The notes: generated from the letters alone by a model not told the origin. DNA of 32,000 bases from Vibrio vulnificus CMCP6 (GCF_000039765.1 NC_004459.3:1-32000); one strand, 5' to 3'. Shown: positions 15,571 to 26,931, numbered from the stretch's first letter. Numbers and translations are program-made.

Positions 15571-16902
15571 ATGGAGTCCACTTTGTCATTGACTATTCGC
15601 TCACAATGGCTGGAACGCCATGATGATGAACATAAAATTCGTCGTGATGATCATCGCAGCCCTTTTCAACGCGATCGAGCACGAATTCTTCATTCGGCCG
15701 CTTTTCGTCGCCTGCAGGCCAAAACCCAAGTGCATGGCAACAGCCTCGAAGATTTTCATCGCACCCGATTAACCCATTCGCTCGAAGCGGCGCAACTGGG
15801 CACCGGAATTGTCGCACAAATTAAGAAGAAACAACCCGAGTATCGAGATCTTCTGCCCACTGACAGCTTAATCGATGCCTTGTGCTTAGCTCACGACATT
15901 GGACACCCACCGTATGGACACGGCGGCGAGGTGGCTCTGAATTATATGATGCGAGACCATGGCGGCTTCGAAGGTAACGCGCAAACTTTCCGCATCGTCA
16001 CTCAACTCGAGCCCTACACCGAACACTTCGGCATGAATTTGTCTCGGCGCACACTGCTAGGGTTAATTAAATACCCAGCTTTTATCAGCCAGACTCGCGC
16101 GGCTTCACAGCCTGCTCCTGTGAGCCACCAACGTCAAATCAAAGCCAAGCAGTGGAGTCCAGCAAAAGGCATTTATGATTGCGATAAAGCCCTATTTGAC
16201 TGGGTACTAGCACCATTAAGTGAAACCGATAAACAACAGCTGAATGCAATGCGGGATTGCCCCCACGACGCCTTATCTCATCGAAAAACGCGTTATAAAT
16301 CGCTCGATTGTTCGATTATGGAGCTGGCTGATGATATTGCTTATGGCGTGCATGATCTTGAAGATGCCATTGTGCTTGGACTCGTCACACGTAGCCAATG
16401 GCAAGAAGGCGCAGCGAGTCAGTTAGCCGATTGTGGTGACCCATGGTTTGAAAAACACATTAGTTCCATTGGCGAGATGTTATTTAGTGGCCAGCATCAT
16501 CAACGCAAAGATGCCATTGGCGGTATGGTTAACGCACTGCTCACCAGCATCGACGTTAAGCCCGTCGACGGTGAATTTGAAAGTCCACTGTTGGCCTTTA
16601 ATGCTTATCTCGATATCGGCATGGAGAAAGCACTGTCGATTTTGAAGCACTTTGTCAGCCAGTATGTGATTCAAATTCCTCAGGTTCAAATTGTCGAGTA
16701 TAAGGGACAACAGATCATCATGGATTTATTTGAAGCGCTCAGTGCCGATCCTCAACGCTTGCTGCCTTTGCCCACTCGACATCGTTGGGAGCTGGCTGAA
16801 ACAGACACCAGCAAAATGCGAGTGATAGCGGACTACATTTCTTCGATGACCGATGGCCATGCGCAGCGACTGCACCAACAGTTGTTTTCATCACATCATT
16901 AA
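15571..16902 (+). CDS. dgt: dGTPase-family dNTP triphosphohydrolase-like protein
   Basis: 443 aa. Contains DHRSPFQRDRARILHSAAFRRLQAKTQV and the HD motif LAHDIGHPPYGHGGE. Starts 5 nt after the yfbR stop. Confidence 0.85.
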   Translation: MESTLSLTIRSQWLERHDDEHKIRRDDHRSPFQRDRARILHSAAFRRLQAKTQVHGNSLEDFHRTRLTHSLEAAQLGTGIVAQIKKKQPEYRDLLPTDSLIDALCLAHDIGHPPYGHGGEVALNYMMRDHGGFEGNAQTFRIVTQLEPYTEHFGMNLSRRTLLGLIKYPAFISQTRAASQPAPVSHQRQIKAKQWSPAKGIYDCDKALFDWVLAPLSETDKQQLNAMRDCPHDALSHRKTRYKSLDCSIMELADDIAYGVHDLEDAIVLGLVTRSQWQEGAASQLADCGDPWFEKHISSIGEMLFSGQHHQRKDAIGGMVNALLTSIDVKPVDGEFESPLLAFNAYLDIGMEKALSILKHFVSQYVIQIPQVQIVEYKGQQIIMDLFEALSADPQRLLPLPTRHRWELAETDTSKMRVIADYISSMTDGHAQRLHQQLFSSHH

Positions 16903-16923
16903 CAACGCTCTATCTGGCCATCG

Positions 16924-17532
16924 CTAACGATAGTTTCGTTCAAACACACCAGGTGGCATTTGCGCAATTTGAAACTCGATCATCTTGTCAAATGCCGTAA
17001 TTAAGGGTGTAAAATCGTTTTCAGGCTGAAAATAACTGAGAATGTGAAAACCGGCCTCGACAGTGGAAAGCGCATTGTCACTAGGCGATTTTCGGATACG
17101 GTAGTTTCCAGTGAGATTGTCTGGTAATTGTACACACGGCAGCACTTGCAAATTGCTTGAAAGTTGCCGGATTTTAAACGCTTTCTTCCACGTACCATCG
17201 AGGAGAATAAAGCGCAGACGACGCATGTTACTGTCATCAGATTGAGCAACTTGTTCCACAGTGACGGCTTGTTCATTCGGAAACAACACCCAATGGTGAT
17301 AGGATTCATCGCTTAGCAACTGATTGAGCTCAGCGTGTTGCGAAAAGTCTTCTCCAATGAACAAGCGACAGCTAGCCAAAGACAAATCGAGAATTCGAGC
17401 CGTGCCAAGTGGGCGATGCTCTTCACTCGGATGCTGTAGAATGATAAGTTCCACATCTGAGGCAAGAGACTCTATCCACTGACAAATACACGCTTTTTTC
17501 GCTTTACCACATTGAGAACAATACCGAGACAT
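16924..17532 (-). CDS. tapT: DTW-domain tRNA-uridine aminocarboxypropyltransferase
   Basis: N-terminal Cys cluster CSQCGKAKKACIC and DTW motif (LLDGTWKKA). 202 aa. Confidence 0.8.
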   Translation of the reverse strand: MSRYCSQCGKAKKACICQWIESLASDVELIILQHPSEEHRPLGTARILDLSLASCRLFIGEDFSQHAELNQLLSDESYHHWVLFPNEQAVTVEQVAQSDDSNMRRLRFILLDGTWKKAFKIRQLSSNLQVLPCVQLPDNLTGNYRIRKSPSDNALSTVEAGFHILSYFQPENDFTPLITAFDKMIEFQIAQMPPGVFERNYR

Positions 17533-18096
17533 ACTGTGAACCTTACTATTTTTCTGACGATAACCAGCGTGCTTTGTCTATTGCTTCAGCAGCCATTATT
17601 GTCTGATTGGACGGAGTGGCATCGCCAAGCGATAAATCATGGAGAATGGTGGCGAATCCTATCAGGAAATTTCACTCACACCAACTACCCTCACCTTTTG
17701 ATGAATCTGGCCGGGCTTTGGGTAATTGCTCACCTTTTCAAACCCAATGGGAAAACGTTCGCTTTGTTGCTAGTGATGATCAGCTTCATGGTCGGACTCG
17801 CTAACCTCTTAACCTCAATGCAAATATACGTTGGCCTTTCTGGGACGTTGCACGGCCTGTTTGCCTATTTTGCGCTAAGAGAAAGCTTGGAAGGAAGAAA
17901 AAGCAGTTGGCTTCTGGTGCTTGGTGTCGTGTTGAAAGTCGCTTGGGAGCATTGGATGGGAGCGTCTGCAAGCACAAGCGAACTCATTGGTGCAAGGGTC
18001 GCCATTGAGGCACATCTTGCTGGTATGAGCAGCGGCTTCCTCTTAGCCTCGCTGCCCCCTCTTTACCAGCGTTACCTTAACGCCAAAGCGCAATAA
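17512..18096 (+). CDS. rrtA: rhombosortase (rhomboid-family intramembrane protease of the GlyGly-CTERM system)
   Basis: GEWWRILSGNFTHTNYPHLLMNLAGL, GLSGTLHG (GxSG) and a later His in IEAHLAG. The start is uncertain: the TTG at 17512 overlaps tapT, and a GTG at 17536 is an alternative. Confidence 0.75.
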   Translation: MRTIPRHTVNLTIFLTITSVLCLLLQQPLLSDWTEWHRQAINHGEWWRILSGNFTHTNYPHLLMNLAGLWVIAHLFKPNGKTFALLLVMISFMVGLANLLTSMQIYVGLSGTLHGLFAYFALRESLEGRKSSWLLVLGVVLKVAWEHWMGASASTSELIGARVAIEAHLAGMSSGFLLASLPPLYQRYLNAKAQ

Positions 18097-18100
18097 AGAC

Positions 18101-18135
18101 ATAAAGCAAGCTGACAGCACGCCAACTTGCTTTAT
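18101..18135. terminator. hairpin between convergent rrtA and comEA
   Basis: ATAAAGCAAG (18101-18110) pairs with CTTGCTTTAT (18126-18135), a 10-bp stem with a 15-nt loop. The U tracts are poor. Confidence 0.4.
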
Positions 18136-18142
18136 CATCCAA

Positions 18143-18445
18143 TTACAACTTAATCCGTGACTGATTTTTCTCAATCGTTGATTTACCGATTCCTTTCACT
18201 TGAGCTAACTCATCAACCGTTTTAAACGGTCCATTAGCTTCTCTAAAGTCAACAATTTGCTGAGCTTTTTTAATACCAACGCCTTTTAACATCATGGCAA
18301 TTTCTTCTGCTGTCGCCGTGTTGATATTGACGGAAATCTCAATGCCTTCATATTTATCGGCTGCTTTCGTTGCAGAGTCCGCAAAAGAAACGGAAGGAAA
18401 AGAGAATGCCATTAGCATGGCTAAAAGGGTAATTACCTGTTTCAT
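18143..18445 (-). CDS. comEA: ComEA competence DNA receptor (helix-hairpin-helix)
   Basis: Signal peptide MKQVITLLAMLMAFSFPSVSFA and HhH region NINTATAEEIAMMLKGVGIKKAQQIVDFREANGPFKTVDELAQVKGIG. Confidence 0.85.
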   Translation of the reverse strand: MKQVITLLAMLMAFSFPSVSFADSATKAADKYEGIEISVNINTATAEEIAMMLKGVGIKKAQQIVDFREANGPFKTVDELAQVKGIGKSTIEKNQSRIKL

Positions 18446-18511
18446 TGTCGTGTCCTCATGTTAGGTGCAAGGTGTTATACCTAACCCAGCGAGAGCACAA
18501 AACAGACAAGA

Positions 18512-18549
18512 GACAAAAATAAAACAGGCCGCGAAAGCGACCTGTTTTT
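18512..18549 (-). terminator. rho-independent terminator downstream of ppiD (bidirectional shape)
   Basis: ACAGGCCGC-GAAA-GCGACCTGT forms 8 of 9 pairs with a GAAA loop. T runs flank it on both strands. Confidence 0.6.
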
Positions 18550-18577
18550 AGTTACATATCAGTTGCACACCGAACGA

Positions 18578-20437
18578 TTAGTTGCTCACAACAAAGTATT
18601 CAATATCGGTGTTAGCACGAAGAATCGCGACGATAGAACTCAAGTCACGCTGTGCAGAGACGCGTTGCAGTTGCACTGAAATTTGCTGTGCTAGTACAGG
18701 CTCTAAGCTCTCTTCTACTTTTTCAAGCGCCACGACAACAACATTGCCTTCCATATCTTTACTTTGGCCGTATACCGCATTACCTGCTGCTGGTTTTGCC
18801 ATAGCAAACACGGTCTGAGCTAAAGGAGAACGACGATCAATCTTCTCTAACTCACCAAACGATAAGCCTTTTTCTTGTAAAATAGCTGTGTTACCCGCTT
18901 TCAGAGCTGTCACGACTTCGGTTCCCAGCTCAAGTGCTTGTTGCTCACCTTTCACTTGAGAAAGCTCTGCAGCTACTTGGTCTTGCACCTCAGTCAAAGG
19001 TAACACCGTCTCATCACGAGCATCATCAACACGAACAACGATGATGTGTTCAGGGGCAATTTCAATCGCTTCTGAGTTCAGGCCATCCAACTTAACTTCT
19101 GGACTGGTAATCGCTTGAGTAACCGCAGGTGTACGAAGAATTTCAGGCGCATCAACTTGAGAGATAAAGTCAGTGTGTTTCACTTGTTGACCCACCGCTT
19201 TTGATGCTTCTTCTAAAGAATCTGGGTATTCGAATGCCACTTTCTCTAGCTCACTTTGCAACTCATAGAATTGGTCGACGGCTTTCTGGTCGATCATTTC
19301 TTGTTTGATTTGCGCAGCAACGTCGCTAAATGGCTTCACAACCGGTTCTTTTAGCTCTTCGAGTTTGATGATGTGGTAGCCGAAGTCAGACTTCACCAAG
19401 CCAGTGACATCGCCAACATTTTTTAGCGCAAACGCCGCTTCTTCAAACGCTGGATCCATCACATCACGTTCAATCCAACCAAGTTCACCGCCGTTATCAG
19501 CACTGCCAAAATCGTCTGATTTCTCTTGAGCTAGTGTCGCAAAATCCGCGCCAGCGTTCAATTCGTCTAAAATTGCTTGTGCTTTAGCTTGGTCATCCCC
19601 CTCAATGAGGATATGAGCCACTCGACGCTGCTCCTCAGAGGAATACTTATCAAGGTGCTCTTGATAGTACTGTTTCACTTCGTCATCAGAAATGGTGATT
19701 TGCTGCTTGAGTGAATCCGCCGCTAACTCGATGTAAGACACCTTCACCTGCTCAGGGCGAGTAAAGCGTGATTTGTTTTCATCGTAGTACTTTTGGATAT
19801 CTTCTTCTGTCAACGTCACTTTATCTGCAAAGTCGCGAATATTTAGCGTCACCGTACGAACATCACGTGTTTGAGTAAACAGTTTACCTTCTGCATCCAC
19901 TTCACCTGGTAGGGTAAATTCGCTGGTTTGTAGTGCATCAAGCAATTGAGAACGAATCAGTTCACGACGCATGTACTCTGCAAAAGAATCTGGTGAGTAA
20001 CCCGCGCGACGTAGGGTCGCTTGGTAGACGTCTTGGTTGAATTTACCGTCTTGCTGGAATTCTGGCATCGCTAGAATCATGCTTCTTACTTGAGCATCAC
20101 TGATGCGTAAACCTAATGATTCTGCATGCTGATCAAGCAAAACGTCGTTAATCATGCGGTCTAATACCGATTTACGGAAAGACTCTACGTAAGCAGGGTC
20201 AGCAAGGAGTTGAGAAAAGTAATCTCCTAGTTGCGACTGCATACGATTACGCTCGTTTTGGTAAGCCATTTCAAACTCACCACGACCGATTTCGACATTG
20301 CCAACTTTTGCTGCAGAGTTACTACTACCACTCACGAGGTAACTGCCGACACCTGCAAAGACAAACGATAGGATGATCAATCCTAGGATAATTTTAACCG
20401 CGATGCTATTCACGCCTTCGCGCAATCGATCCATCAT
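18578..20437 (-). CDS. ppiD: periplasmic chaperone / PPIase PpiD
   Basis: The N-terminus MMDRLREGVNSIAVKIILGLIILSFVFAG aligns with the E. coli PpiD start, and a parvulin-like domain is present. Start trimmed from 20455 to 20437. Confidence 0.9.
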   Translation of the reverse strand: MMDRLREGVNSIAVKIILGLIILSFVFAGVGSYLVSGSSNSAAKVGNVEIGRGEFEMAYQNERNRMQSQLGDYFSQLLADPAYVESFRKSVLDRMINDVLLDQHAESLGLRISDAQVRSMILAMPEFQQDGKFNQDVYQATLRRAGYSPDSFAEYMRRELIRSQLLDALQTSEFTLPGEVDAEGKLFTQTRDVRTVTLNIRDFADKVTLTEEDIQKYYDENKSRFTRPEQVKVSYIELAADSLKQQITISDDEVKQYYQEHLDKYSSEEQRRVAHILIEGDDQAKAQAILDELNAGADFATLAQEKSDDFGSADNGGELGWIERDVMDPAFEEAAFALKNVGDVTGLVKSDFGYHIIKLEELKEPVVKPFSDVAAQIKQEMIDQKAVDQFYELQSELEKVAFEYPDSLEEASKAVGQQVKHTDFISQVDAPEILRTPAVTQAITSPEVKLDGLNSEAIEIAPEHIIVVRVDDARDETVLPLTEVQDQVAAELSQVKGEQQALELGTEVVTALKAGNTAILQEKGLSFGELEKIDRRSPLAQTVFAMAKPAAGNAVYGQSKDMEGNVVVVALEKVEESLEPVLAQQISVQLQRVSAQRDLSSIVAILRANTDIEYFVVSN

Positions 20438-20502
20438 AACTAAACTGCTCTCCACTCACGAAGCCAACGCTTCTCTTGAAATGTAATCACGCGATAATAC
20501 CA

Positions 20503-20535
20503 GAAAAAAGAAATGCGCATCAGTAGGATGCGCAT
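20503..20535 (-). terminator. rho-independent terminator of hupB
   Basis: ATGCGCATC-AGTAG-GATGCGCAT (9-bp stem), followed on the minus strand by TTCTTTTTTCTGG. Confidence 0.7.
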
Positions 20536-20613
20536 AATTTAAAAAAGTTCGGCTTTCACATCGCAAAATCGTGTTCAAACGGGTTTGATTGAACAAAATT
20601 CACACTATCGCGA

Positions 20614-20886
20614 TTAGTTACAAGCGTCTTTAAGAGCTTTACCTGCTTTGAAAGATGGTACTTTCGCTTCTGCGATTTGGATCTCTTCACCAGTCTTAGG
20701 GTTACGGCCTGTACGAGCTGCGCGAGTACGCACGCTGAAAGTACCGAAACCAACTAGAGCTACTTGATCACCAGACTGAAGAGTACCGCTTACTGCTTCA
20801 ATGAATGCATCTAGAGCACGACCTGCTGACGCTTTAGAGATATCTGCGTTTGCAGCGATTGATTCTACTAGTTGAGTTTTGTTCAC
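20614..20886 (-). CDS. hupB: DNA-binding protein HU-beta
   Basis: Near-identical pattern to E. coli HupB ([26 protein letters not shown]...[28 protein letters not shown]). GTG start at 20886 with AAGGGGA SD. Confidence 0.95.
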   Translation of the reverse strand: MNKTQLVESIAANADISKASAGRALDAFIEAVSGTLQSGDQVALVGFGTFSVRTRAARTGRNPKTGEEIQIAEAKVPSFKAGKALKDACN

Positions 20887-21011
20887 TGTGATTCCCCTTT
20901 GTGCCATCTGTGATTATTTTTTTAGATGACTTTCGTTCCATTAATACTAAAAATTAGCGCCAAGCCTTATCTTAAAAGGGCTGGCAGCCATCGAGCTCTA
21001 ACTTAGCTCCC

Positions 21012-21050
21012 AAAAAAAACGCTGACAAGCCTTTTCGAGCCTATCAGCGT
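21012..21050 (-). terminator. terminator downstream of lon
   Basis: ACGCTGA (21019-21025) pairs with TCAGCGT (21044-21050). On the minus strand it is followed by T8. Confidence 0.55.
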
Positions 21051-21079
21051 AAACTTTTACTTATTTTTGCTGCACATCA

Positions 21080-23431
21080 CTATTTTTTAGCGTCAAACTC
21101 TACCCCAGTTGGGTCTCGCTCTAGTGCAACTTTAAGAACTTCATCAATCCATTGAACTGGAATGACTTTCAAATCAGCGATAACGTTGTCTGGAATTTCT
21201 TCCAGATCACGCTCATTATCCTTCGGAATAAGTACCGTTGTAATACCACCACGATGTGCAGCCAACAACTTCTCTTTTAGACCACCGATTGGTAACACTT
21301 CACCACGCAGAGTAATTTCACCTGTCATGGCGACTTCTGCTTTGACAGGGTTACCCGTTAGGCTAGAGACTAACGCCGTGCACATAGCAATACCGGCACT
21401 TGGGCCATCTTTTGGTGTTGCACCTTCTGGAACGTGCACATGGATGTCTTTCTTCTCGTAGAAATCAGAGTTAATACCCAATTTCTCCGCACGAGAGCGC
21501 ACAACGGTCATGGCCGCTTGAATCGACTCCTGCATCACATCACCCAGTGAGCCAGTTTGGGTCAGTTTACCTTTGCCCGGCATCGCCTCAGTCTCAATCG
21601 TCAGCAAATCGCCGCCGACTTCCGTCCACGCAAGACCTGTCACTTGACCCACTCGGTTGCTGTCATCCGCTTTACCATAGTCAAAGCGTTGAACACCTAA
21701 GTACTCTTTCAAGTTATCGATGTTAACTGTCACCGACTTCAACTCTGGCTTCAGCAGAATGTTCTTCACTGCTTTACGACAGATTTTCGAAATCTCACGC
21801 TCTAAACTACGTACACCGGCTTCACGCGTATAGAAGCGGATAATACCAATAATGGCAGAGTCCTCGATATTGATTTCATGAGGCTTCAAGCCATTGCGCT
21901 CGACCTGCTTCGCAACCAAGTGGCGCTTCGCAATGTTGAGTTTTTCATCTTCTGTATAACCAGACAAACGAATCACTTCCATACGGTCAAGCAAAGGACC
22001 TGGAATATTCATTGAGTTCGAAGTTGCAACAAACATCACGTCAGACAGATCGTAATCCACTTCTAAGTAGTGATCATTGAACGAGTTGTTCTGTTCTGGG
22101 TCCAGCACTTCAAGTAATGCAGACGCGGGATCGCCACGCATGTCAGATGACATTTTGTCGATCTCATCCAACAAAAAGAGTGGATTCTTCACGCCAACTT
22201 TGGCCATTTTTTGAATCAATTTGCCCGGAAGCGAACCAATATACGTGCGGCGATGGCCACGGATCTCGGCTTCATCTCGAACGCCACCGAGCGCCATACG
22301 AACGTATTGACGACCTGTTGCTGCGGCAATTGAGCGACCTAACGAAGTTTTACCCACACCAGGAGGCCCCACAAGGCAAAGAATCGGGCCTTTTAGCTTA
22401 TTGATACGGTTTTGAACCGCTAAATATTCAAGAATGCGGTCTTTTACGCGCTCAAGGCCGTAATGGTCTTCATTAAGCACTTCTTCCGCTTTCGCCAAGT
22501 CTTTCTTCACTTTAGAACGTTTGTTCCAAGGAACGTTGACCATCCAATCAATGTAGCTGCGCACAACTGTCGCTTCCGCTGACATCGGTGACATCATCTT
22601 CAGCTTTTGCAGTTCTTGTTCGGTCTTTTCGCGTGCTTCTTTCGGCATTTTAGCCGAATCAATCTTTTGCTTGAGCGCTTCAAACTCATCTACGCCATCT
22701 TCAGATTCGCCAAGCTCTTTCTGAATCGCTTTCATTTGCTCATTCAGATAGTACTCACGCTGGGATTTCTCCATCTGTTTCTTGACGCGGTTACGGATGC
22801 GCTTTTCAACTTGCAGAATGTCGATTTCCGATTCCATTTGTCCCATCAGGAACTCTAGACGCTCGGTAATATCTACGGTTTCTAGTACTTGCTGCTTATC
22901 CGCTAATTTCAGTGGCATATGGGCAGCAATGGTATCAGCAAGGCGGGCAGCTTCATCAATACCACCAAGGGAAGTCAGGACTTCTGGTGGAATCTTCTTA
23001 TTCAGTTTAATGAAGCCTTCAAATTGGCTAATGGCGCTGCGAACAATCACTTCTTGCTCACGCTCATCCAATTCAGGAGTGACGATAAATTCCGCTTCTG
23101 CTAAGAAGAAATCACTTTCCTTGAACTGATTGATTTTAGCGCGCTGCTGGCCTTCAACCAGTACTTTTACCGTACCGTCTGGCAGTTTAAGCAGTTGCAG
23201 GATCGTGGCTACCGTGCCCACCTCGAACAAGTCATCAACGGTTGGTTCATCTGTGTCTGCTTGCTTTTGTGCGACAAGCAAAACCTGTTTATTGGCTTCC
23301 ATTGCCGACTCTAAGCAACTGATCGACTTTTCACGGCCAACAAACAAAGGGATAACCATGTGTGGATAAACCACCACATCTCGTAGAGGTAGTACGGGGA
23401 TCTCGATACGCTCGGAACGTTCCAAGTTCAT
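21080..23431 (-). CDS. lon: ATP-dependent Lon protease
   Basis: 783 aa. Lon N-domain, Walker [10 protein letters not shown], and protease motif PKDGPSAG. Confidence 0.97.
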   Translation of the reverse strand: MNLERSERIEIPVLPLRDVVVYPHMVIPLFVGREKSISCLESAMEANKQVLLVAQKQADTDEPTVDDLFEVGTVATILQLLKLPDGTVKVLVEGQQRAKINQFKESDFFLAEAEFIVTPELDEREQEVIVRSAISQFEGFIKLNKKIPPEVLTSLGGIDEAARLADTIAAHMPLKLADKQQVLETVDITERLEFLMGQMESEIDILQVEKRIRNRVKKQMEKSQREYYLNEQMKAIQKELGESEDGVDEFEALKQKIDSAKMPKEAREKTEQELQKLKMMSPMSAEATVVRSYIDWMVNVPWNKRSKVKKDLAKAEEVLNEDHYGLERVKDRILEYLAVQNRINKLKGPILCLVGPPGVGKTSLGRSIAAATGRQYVRMALGGVRDEAEIRGHRRTYIGSLPGKLIQKMAKVGVKNPLFLLDEIDKMSSDMRGDPASALLEVLDPEQNNSFNDHYLEVDYDLSDVMFVATSNSMNIPGPLLDRMEVIRLSGYTEDEKLNIAKRHLVAKQVERNGLKPHEINIEDSAIIGIIRFYTREAGVRSLEREISKICRKAVKNILLKPELKSVTVNIDNLKEYLGVQRFDYGKADDSNRVGQVTGLAWTEVGGDLLTIETEAMPGKGKLTQTGSLGDVMQESIQAAMTVVRSRAEKLGINSDFYEKKDIHVHVPEGATPKDGPSAGIAMCTALVSSLTGNPVKAEVAMTGEITLRGEVLPIGGLKEKLLAAHRGGITTVLIPKDNERDLEEIPDNVIADLKVIPVQWIDEVLKVALERDPTGVEFDAKK

Positions 23432-23465
23432 ATAATTCTCTCTTCCACTTACTATTATGAGCAGT

Positions 23466-23492
23466 ATATGGGGGCTAATTATTTGGATTCAA
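23466..23492 (-). promoter_or_regulatory. sigma32-type heat-shock promoter upstream of lon
   Basis: The minus strand reads TTGAAT-N13-CCCCATAT, matching the sigma32 consensus CTTGAAA / CCCCATNT and the arrangement known for E. coli lon. Confidence 0.55.
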
Positions 23493-23497
23493 TAAAA

Positions 23498-23531
23498 GAA
23501 AATAAAAAAGGAGGTAATTCCTTACCTCCTT
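23498..23531 (-). terminator. rho-independent terminator of clpX
   Basis: AAGGAGGTAA-TTCC-TTACCTCCTT (10-bp stem), followed on the minus strand by TTTTTTATTTTC. Confidence 0.7.
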
Positions 23532-23549
23532 TTTCTACATCGATTAAAT

Positions 23550-24830
23550 TTACTCAGCGCCAGCGGCTTGGCTATCACTGTTGGTGTAAATCAAAAGCGG
23601 CTCTGATTCACCATTAATCACCGATTCATCAATGACAACTTTGCTCACGTCGTCCATCGATGGCAGTTCATACATGGTTTCTAGCAACACGCCTTCCAAA
23701 ATTGAACGCAAGCCACGAGCGCCTGTTTTACGCTCCATCGCTTTTTTCGCGATCGCTTTTAGCGCATCTTCTCTGAACTCAAGATCCGCACCTTCCAGTT
23801 CAAACAGCGCTGCATATTGCTTTGTTAGCGCATTTTTTGGTTGGCAAAGAATCTGAATTAATGCTTCTTCGTCTAACTCGGTCAACGAAGCGGTCACTGG
23901 TAGACGACCAATAAACTCAGGAATCAAACCATATTTCACAAGATCTTCTGGCTCTACCTGAGTGAACAATTCGCCCACTGTTTTGCTTTCGTCTTTAGAG
24001 CGGACTTCCGCACCAAAACCAATGCCTGTACCTGTTGCAACGCGTTGTTCGATCACTTTATCTAGACCGGCAAATGCACCACCACAGATAAAGAGGATCT
24101 TTGACGTATCCACTTGCAAAAACTCTTGCTGAGGATGCTTACGACCACCTTGAGGTGGTACAGAAGCAATCGTACCTTCAACCAGTTTAAGCAGCGCTTG
24201 CTGAACGCCTTCACCAGAAACGTCACGAGTAATAGATGGGTTTTCTGCTTTACGAGAAATCTTGTCAATTTCATCGATATACACAATACCACGCTCTGCT
24301 TTCGCTACGTCGTAATCACATTTCTGAAGCAACTTTTGAATGATGTTTTCAACATCTTCGCCCACATAACCCGCTTCTGTTAGCGTCGTGGCATCTGCCA
24401 TAGTGAACGGTACATCGAGGAAACGCGCAAGCGTCTCAGCAAGCAACGTCTTACCGCTACCTGTTGGGCCGATCAGCAAGATGTTACTCTTACCTAGCTC
24501 CACGCCATCACTCGTTGTGTCACCATTACGTAAACGCTTGTAGTGGTTATATACCGCAACCGCGAGCACTTTTTTCGCATGGTCTTGACCGATTACATAG
24601 TCATCAAGGTGTGCACGGATCTCACGAGGCGTTGGCAACGCTTCAGATTCGCGTTTTGGAAGCACATCTTTGATCTCTTCACGGATGATGTCGTTACATA
24701 AATCGACACATTCGTCACAGATGTAAACGGATGGACCAGCGATTAGCTTGCGAACTTCGTGCTGGCTTTTGCCGCAGAAAGAGCAGTAAAGCAACTTACC
24801 ACTACCACTCTCTTTGCTTTTGTCTGTCAT
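23550..24830 (-). CDS. clpX: ATP-dependent Clp protease ATP-binding subunit ClpX
   Basis: Zinc-finger CSFCGK...CDEC, Walker A GPTGSGKT. 426 aa. Confidence 0.97.
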   Translation of the reverse strand: MTDKSKESGSGKLLYCSFCGKSQHEVRKLIAGPSVYICDECVDLCNDIIREEIKDVLPKRESEALPTPREIRAHLDDYVIGQDHAKKVLAVAVYNHYKRLRNGDTTSDGVELGKSNILLIGPTGSGKTLLAETLARFLDVPFTMADATTLTEAGYVGEDVENIIQKLLQKCDYDVAKAERGIVYIDEIDKISRKAENPSITRDVSGEGVQQALLKLVEGTIASVPPQGGRKHPQQEFLQVDTSKILFICGGAFAGLDKVIEQRVATGTGIGFGAEVRSKDESKTVGELFTQVEPEDLVKYGLIPEFIGRLPVTASLTELDEEALIQILCQPKNALTKQYAALFELEGADLEFREDALKAIAKKAMERKTGARGLRSILEGVLLETMYELPSMDDVSKVVIDESVINGESEPLLIYTNSDSQAAGAE

Positions 24831-24900
24831 TCGCTAACCTCTTAGCCTTTACTCTTTATGTTTGAGTGTATAACAATTTGAATCAGTTTGCGCAGGCAAA

Positions 24901-25527
24901 TTATGCACTGCGATGAGTCAATACTGCGTCCACCAAACCGTATTCTACTGCCTGATCTGCCGACATAAAATTATCGCGATCAGTATCACGTTCAATCACT
25001 TCCAATGGTTGGCCAGTGTGTTCTGCCAACAACTTGTTCAGTTTAGTCTTAATAGTAAGAATTTCCTGAGCATGAATTTGGATGTCTGACGCTTGACCTT
25101 GGAAACCACCAAGTGGCTGGTGAATCATCACACGTGAGTTAGGTAGTACATAACGCTTACCTGGTGCACCACCAGCAAGCAAAAATGCACCCATTGAACA
25201 TGCTTGACCCATACATACTGTGCTCACATTTGGCTTGATGAACTGCATTGTGTCGTAAATCGACATACCTGCCGTCACGCTGCCACCTGGAGAGTTAATG
25301 TAAAGGAAGATATCTTTGTCTGGGTTCTCAGACTCTAGGAAAAGTAGCTGAGCCACGACAAGGTTTGCCATGTGGTCTTCAACCTGTCCGGTGAGGAAAA
25401 TCACTCGCTCTTTTAGCAAACGCGAATAAATATCGTAAGAACGTTCACCACGGGAAGTTTGTTCAACCACCATTGGTACTAGTGCGTCGATGATTGGCGA
25501 CATTGCATTTTTTTCTTGGTAGCTCAT
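24901..25527 (-). CDS. clpP: ATP-dependent Clp protease proteolytic subunit ClpP
   Basis: Ser-His-Asp protease core ([19 protein letters not shown]). 208 aa. Confidence 0.97.
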   Translation of the reverse strand: MSYQEKNAMSPIIDALVPMVVEQTSRGERSYDIYSRLLKERVIFLTGQVEDHMANLVVAQLLFLESENPDKDIFLYINSPGGSVTAGMSIYDTMQFIKPNVSTVCMGQACSMGAFLLAGGAPGKRYVLPNSRVMIHQPLGGFQGQASDIQIHAQEILTIKTKLNKLLAEHTGQPLEVIERDTDRDNFMSADQAVEYGLVDAVLTHRSA

Positions 25528-25535
25528 ATTCTTAT

Positions 25536-25580
25536 GTCCCTAAAATAAATGGCCCGGATGATAATTATCATACGGACCAT
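25536..25580 (-). terminator. imperfect hairpin downstream of tig (terminator/attenuator before clpP)
   Basis: ATGGCCCGGATGATAA / TTATCATACGGACCAT (25549-25580, 2 mismatches), followed on the minus strand by TTATTTTAGGG. Confidence 0.45.
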
Positions 25581-25632
25581 TGTTAGCAGAATAGTTAACG
25601 TTTAGTCAACCTTCTACGCAAGATATTGCTTA

Positions 25633-26931
25633 TTAAGCTGGTTGGTTCATTAGCTCGTTGAAGCTAACTTCTTTTTCAGAAACCTGAGCTTTAGCAATGA
25701 TCGCGTCGATAGCTTGTTCTTCTAGAGCAACGTTACGCATGTTGTTCATCAACTGTTCGTTTTGCTCGTAGTAAGTCACAACTTCAGTTGGATCTTCGTA
25801 AGCAGTCGCCATTTCAGTGATGATAGCTTTCACTTTCTCTTCATCAACTTTTAGCTCGTGAGCTTTGATCACTTCACCTAGTAGTAGACCCACTACAACA
25901 CGGCGTTTCGCTTGCTCTTCAAACAGTTCACGAGGAAGCTGCATTGCTGCTTCAACGTTACCACCAAAGCGTTGTGCTGCTTGCTGACGTAGAACATTGA
26001 TTTCTTGGTCGATAAGCGCAGCTGGCACGTCGATTTCGTTCTCTTTTACAAGACCGTCGATCGCTTGCTCTTTGATACGGTTTTTAACCGCTTGCTTAAG
26101 CTCACGCTCCATGTTCTTACGAACTTCTGCTTTAAGTGCGTCGATGCCACCTTCAGCTACACCAAATTTAGCAACGAATTCGTCGTTTAGTTCTGGTAGT
26201 TGACGTGCTTCAACTTTGTTCACTTTGATAGCGAATTTCGCTGCTTTACCTTTTAGGTTTTCAGCGTGGTAATCTTCTGGGAATGTTACGTCGATTTCGA
26301 ATTCCATGCCCTTAGTTTTGCCTTCGATACCATCTTCGAAGCCAGGGATCATACGGCCAGCGCCCATTTCTAGTGGGAAGTTCTCAGCTTTACCGCCTTC
26401 AAACTCTTCACCGTCGATAGAGCCAACGAAATCGATGCTTACACGCTTACCAGCTTCAGCCGCTTCTTCAACTTCAGTCCAAGTCGCTTGTTGCTTACGT
26501 AGAGTTTCGATCATCTCTTCAACGTCAGCGTCTTTCACTTCAACTGCTGGTTTTTCAACAGTGATGTTTTCTAGACCTTTAAGCTCAACTTCTGGGTAAA
26601 CTTCAAAAGTTGCGTTGAATACTAGATCTGAGCCTTCTTTGTTTTCAACCGGAGCGAAAGTTGGCGCACCCGCTGGGTTGATCTTTTCTTTGATGATCGC
26701 TTCGATGAAGTGGCGTTGCATTACTTCACCTAGGATGTCTTGACGTACTGCTTTGCCGTACATTTTCGCAACCATCTTCATTGGCACTTTGCCTTTACGG
26801 AAACCATCGAAACGACGGTTTTTAGCGATGTTGCGTAGTTCAGCTGTAACTGCATCTTCGATGTTAGCAGCAGGAACAGTAATATTCAGACGGCGCTCTA
26901 GGCCCTCTAGCGTTTCAACAGTAACTTGCAT
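25633..26931 (-). CDS. tig: trigger factor
   Basis: 432 aa. [21 protein letters not shown]-terminus and an FKBP-type PPIase middle domain. Confidence 0.97.
   Translation of the reverse strand: MQVTVETLEGLERRLNITVPAANIEDAVTAELRNIAKNRRFDGFRKGKVPMKMVAKMYGKAVRQDILGEVMQRHFIEAIIKEKINPAGAPTFAPVENKEGSDLVFNATFEVYPEVELKGLENITVEKPAVEVKDADVEEMIETLRKQQATWTEVEEAAEAGKRVSIDFVGSIDGEEFEGGKAENFPLEMGAGRMIPGFEDGIEGKTKGMEFEIDVTFPEDYHAENLKGKAAKFAIKVNKVEARQLPELNDEFVAKFGVAEGGIDALKAEVRKNMERELKQAVKNRIKEQAIDGLVKENEIDVPAALIDQEINVLRQQAAQRFGGNVEAAMQLPRELFEEQAKRRVVVGLLLGEVIKAHELKVDEEKVKAIITEMATAYEDPTEVVTYYEQNEQLMNNMRNVALEEQAIDAIIAKAQVSEKEVSFNELMNQPA

Noticed and set aside
17512-17536. 21-nt overlap of divergent tapT and rhombosortase starts
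   Set aside because: The overlap probably comes from taking the first TTG. A GTG at 17536 gives a normal divergent arrangement, so it is not treated as a real overlap.
21162-23369. Several 60-115-aa plus-strand ORFs inside lon. Similar ORFs lie inside clpX, tig, ppiD, the amidohydrolase, the beta-lactamase-like gene and the kinase/regulator genes.
   Set aside because: All are antisense or out of frame relative to strongly supported genes. They lack SD sequences and look like typical shadow ORFs.
26027-26042. TGGCAC motifs (also near 26781 and 10302) as possible sigma54 promoters for the DctD-like regulator
   Set aside because: None has the GG-N10-GC spacing with a downstream TTGC, and all lie inside coding sequence.
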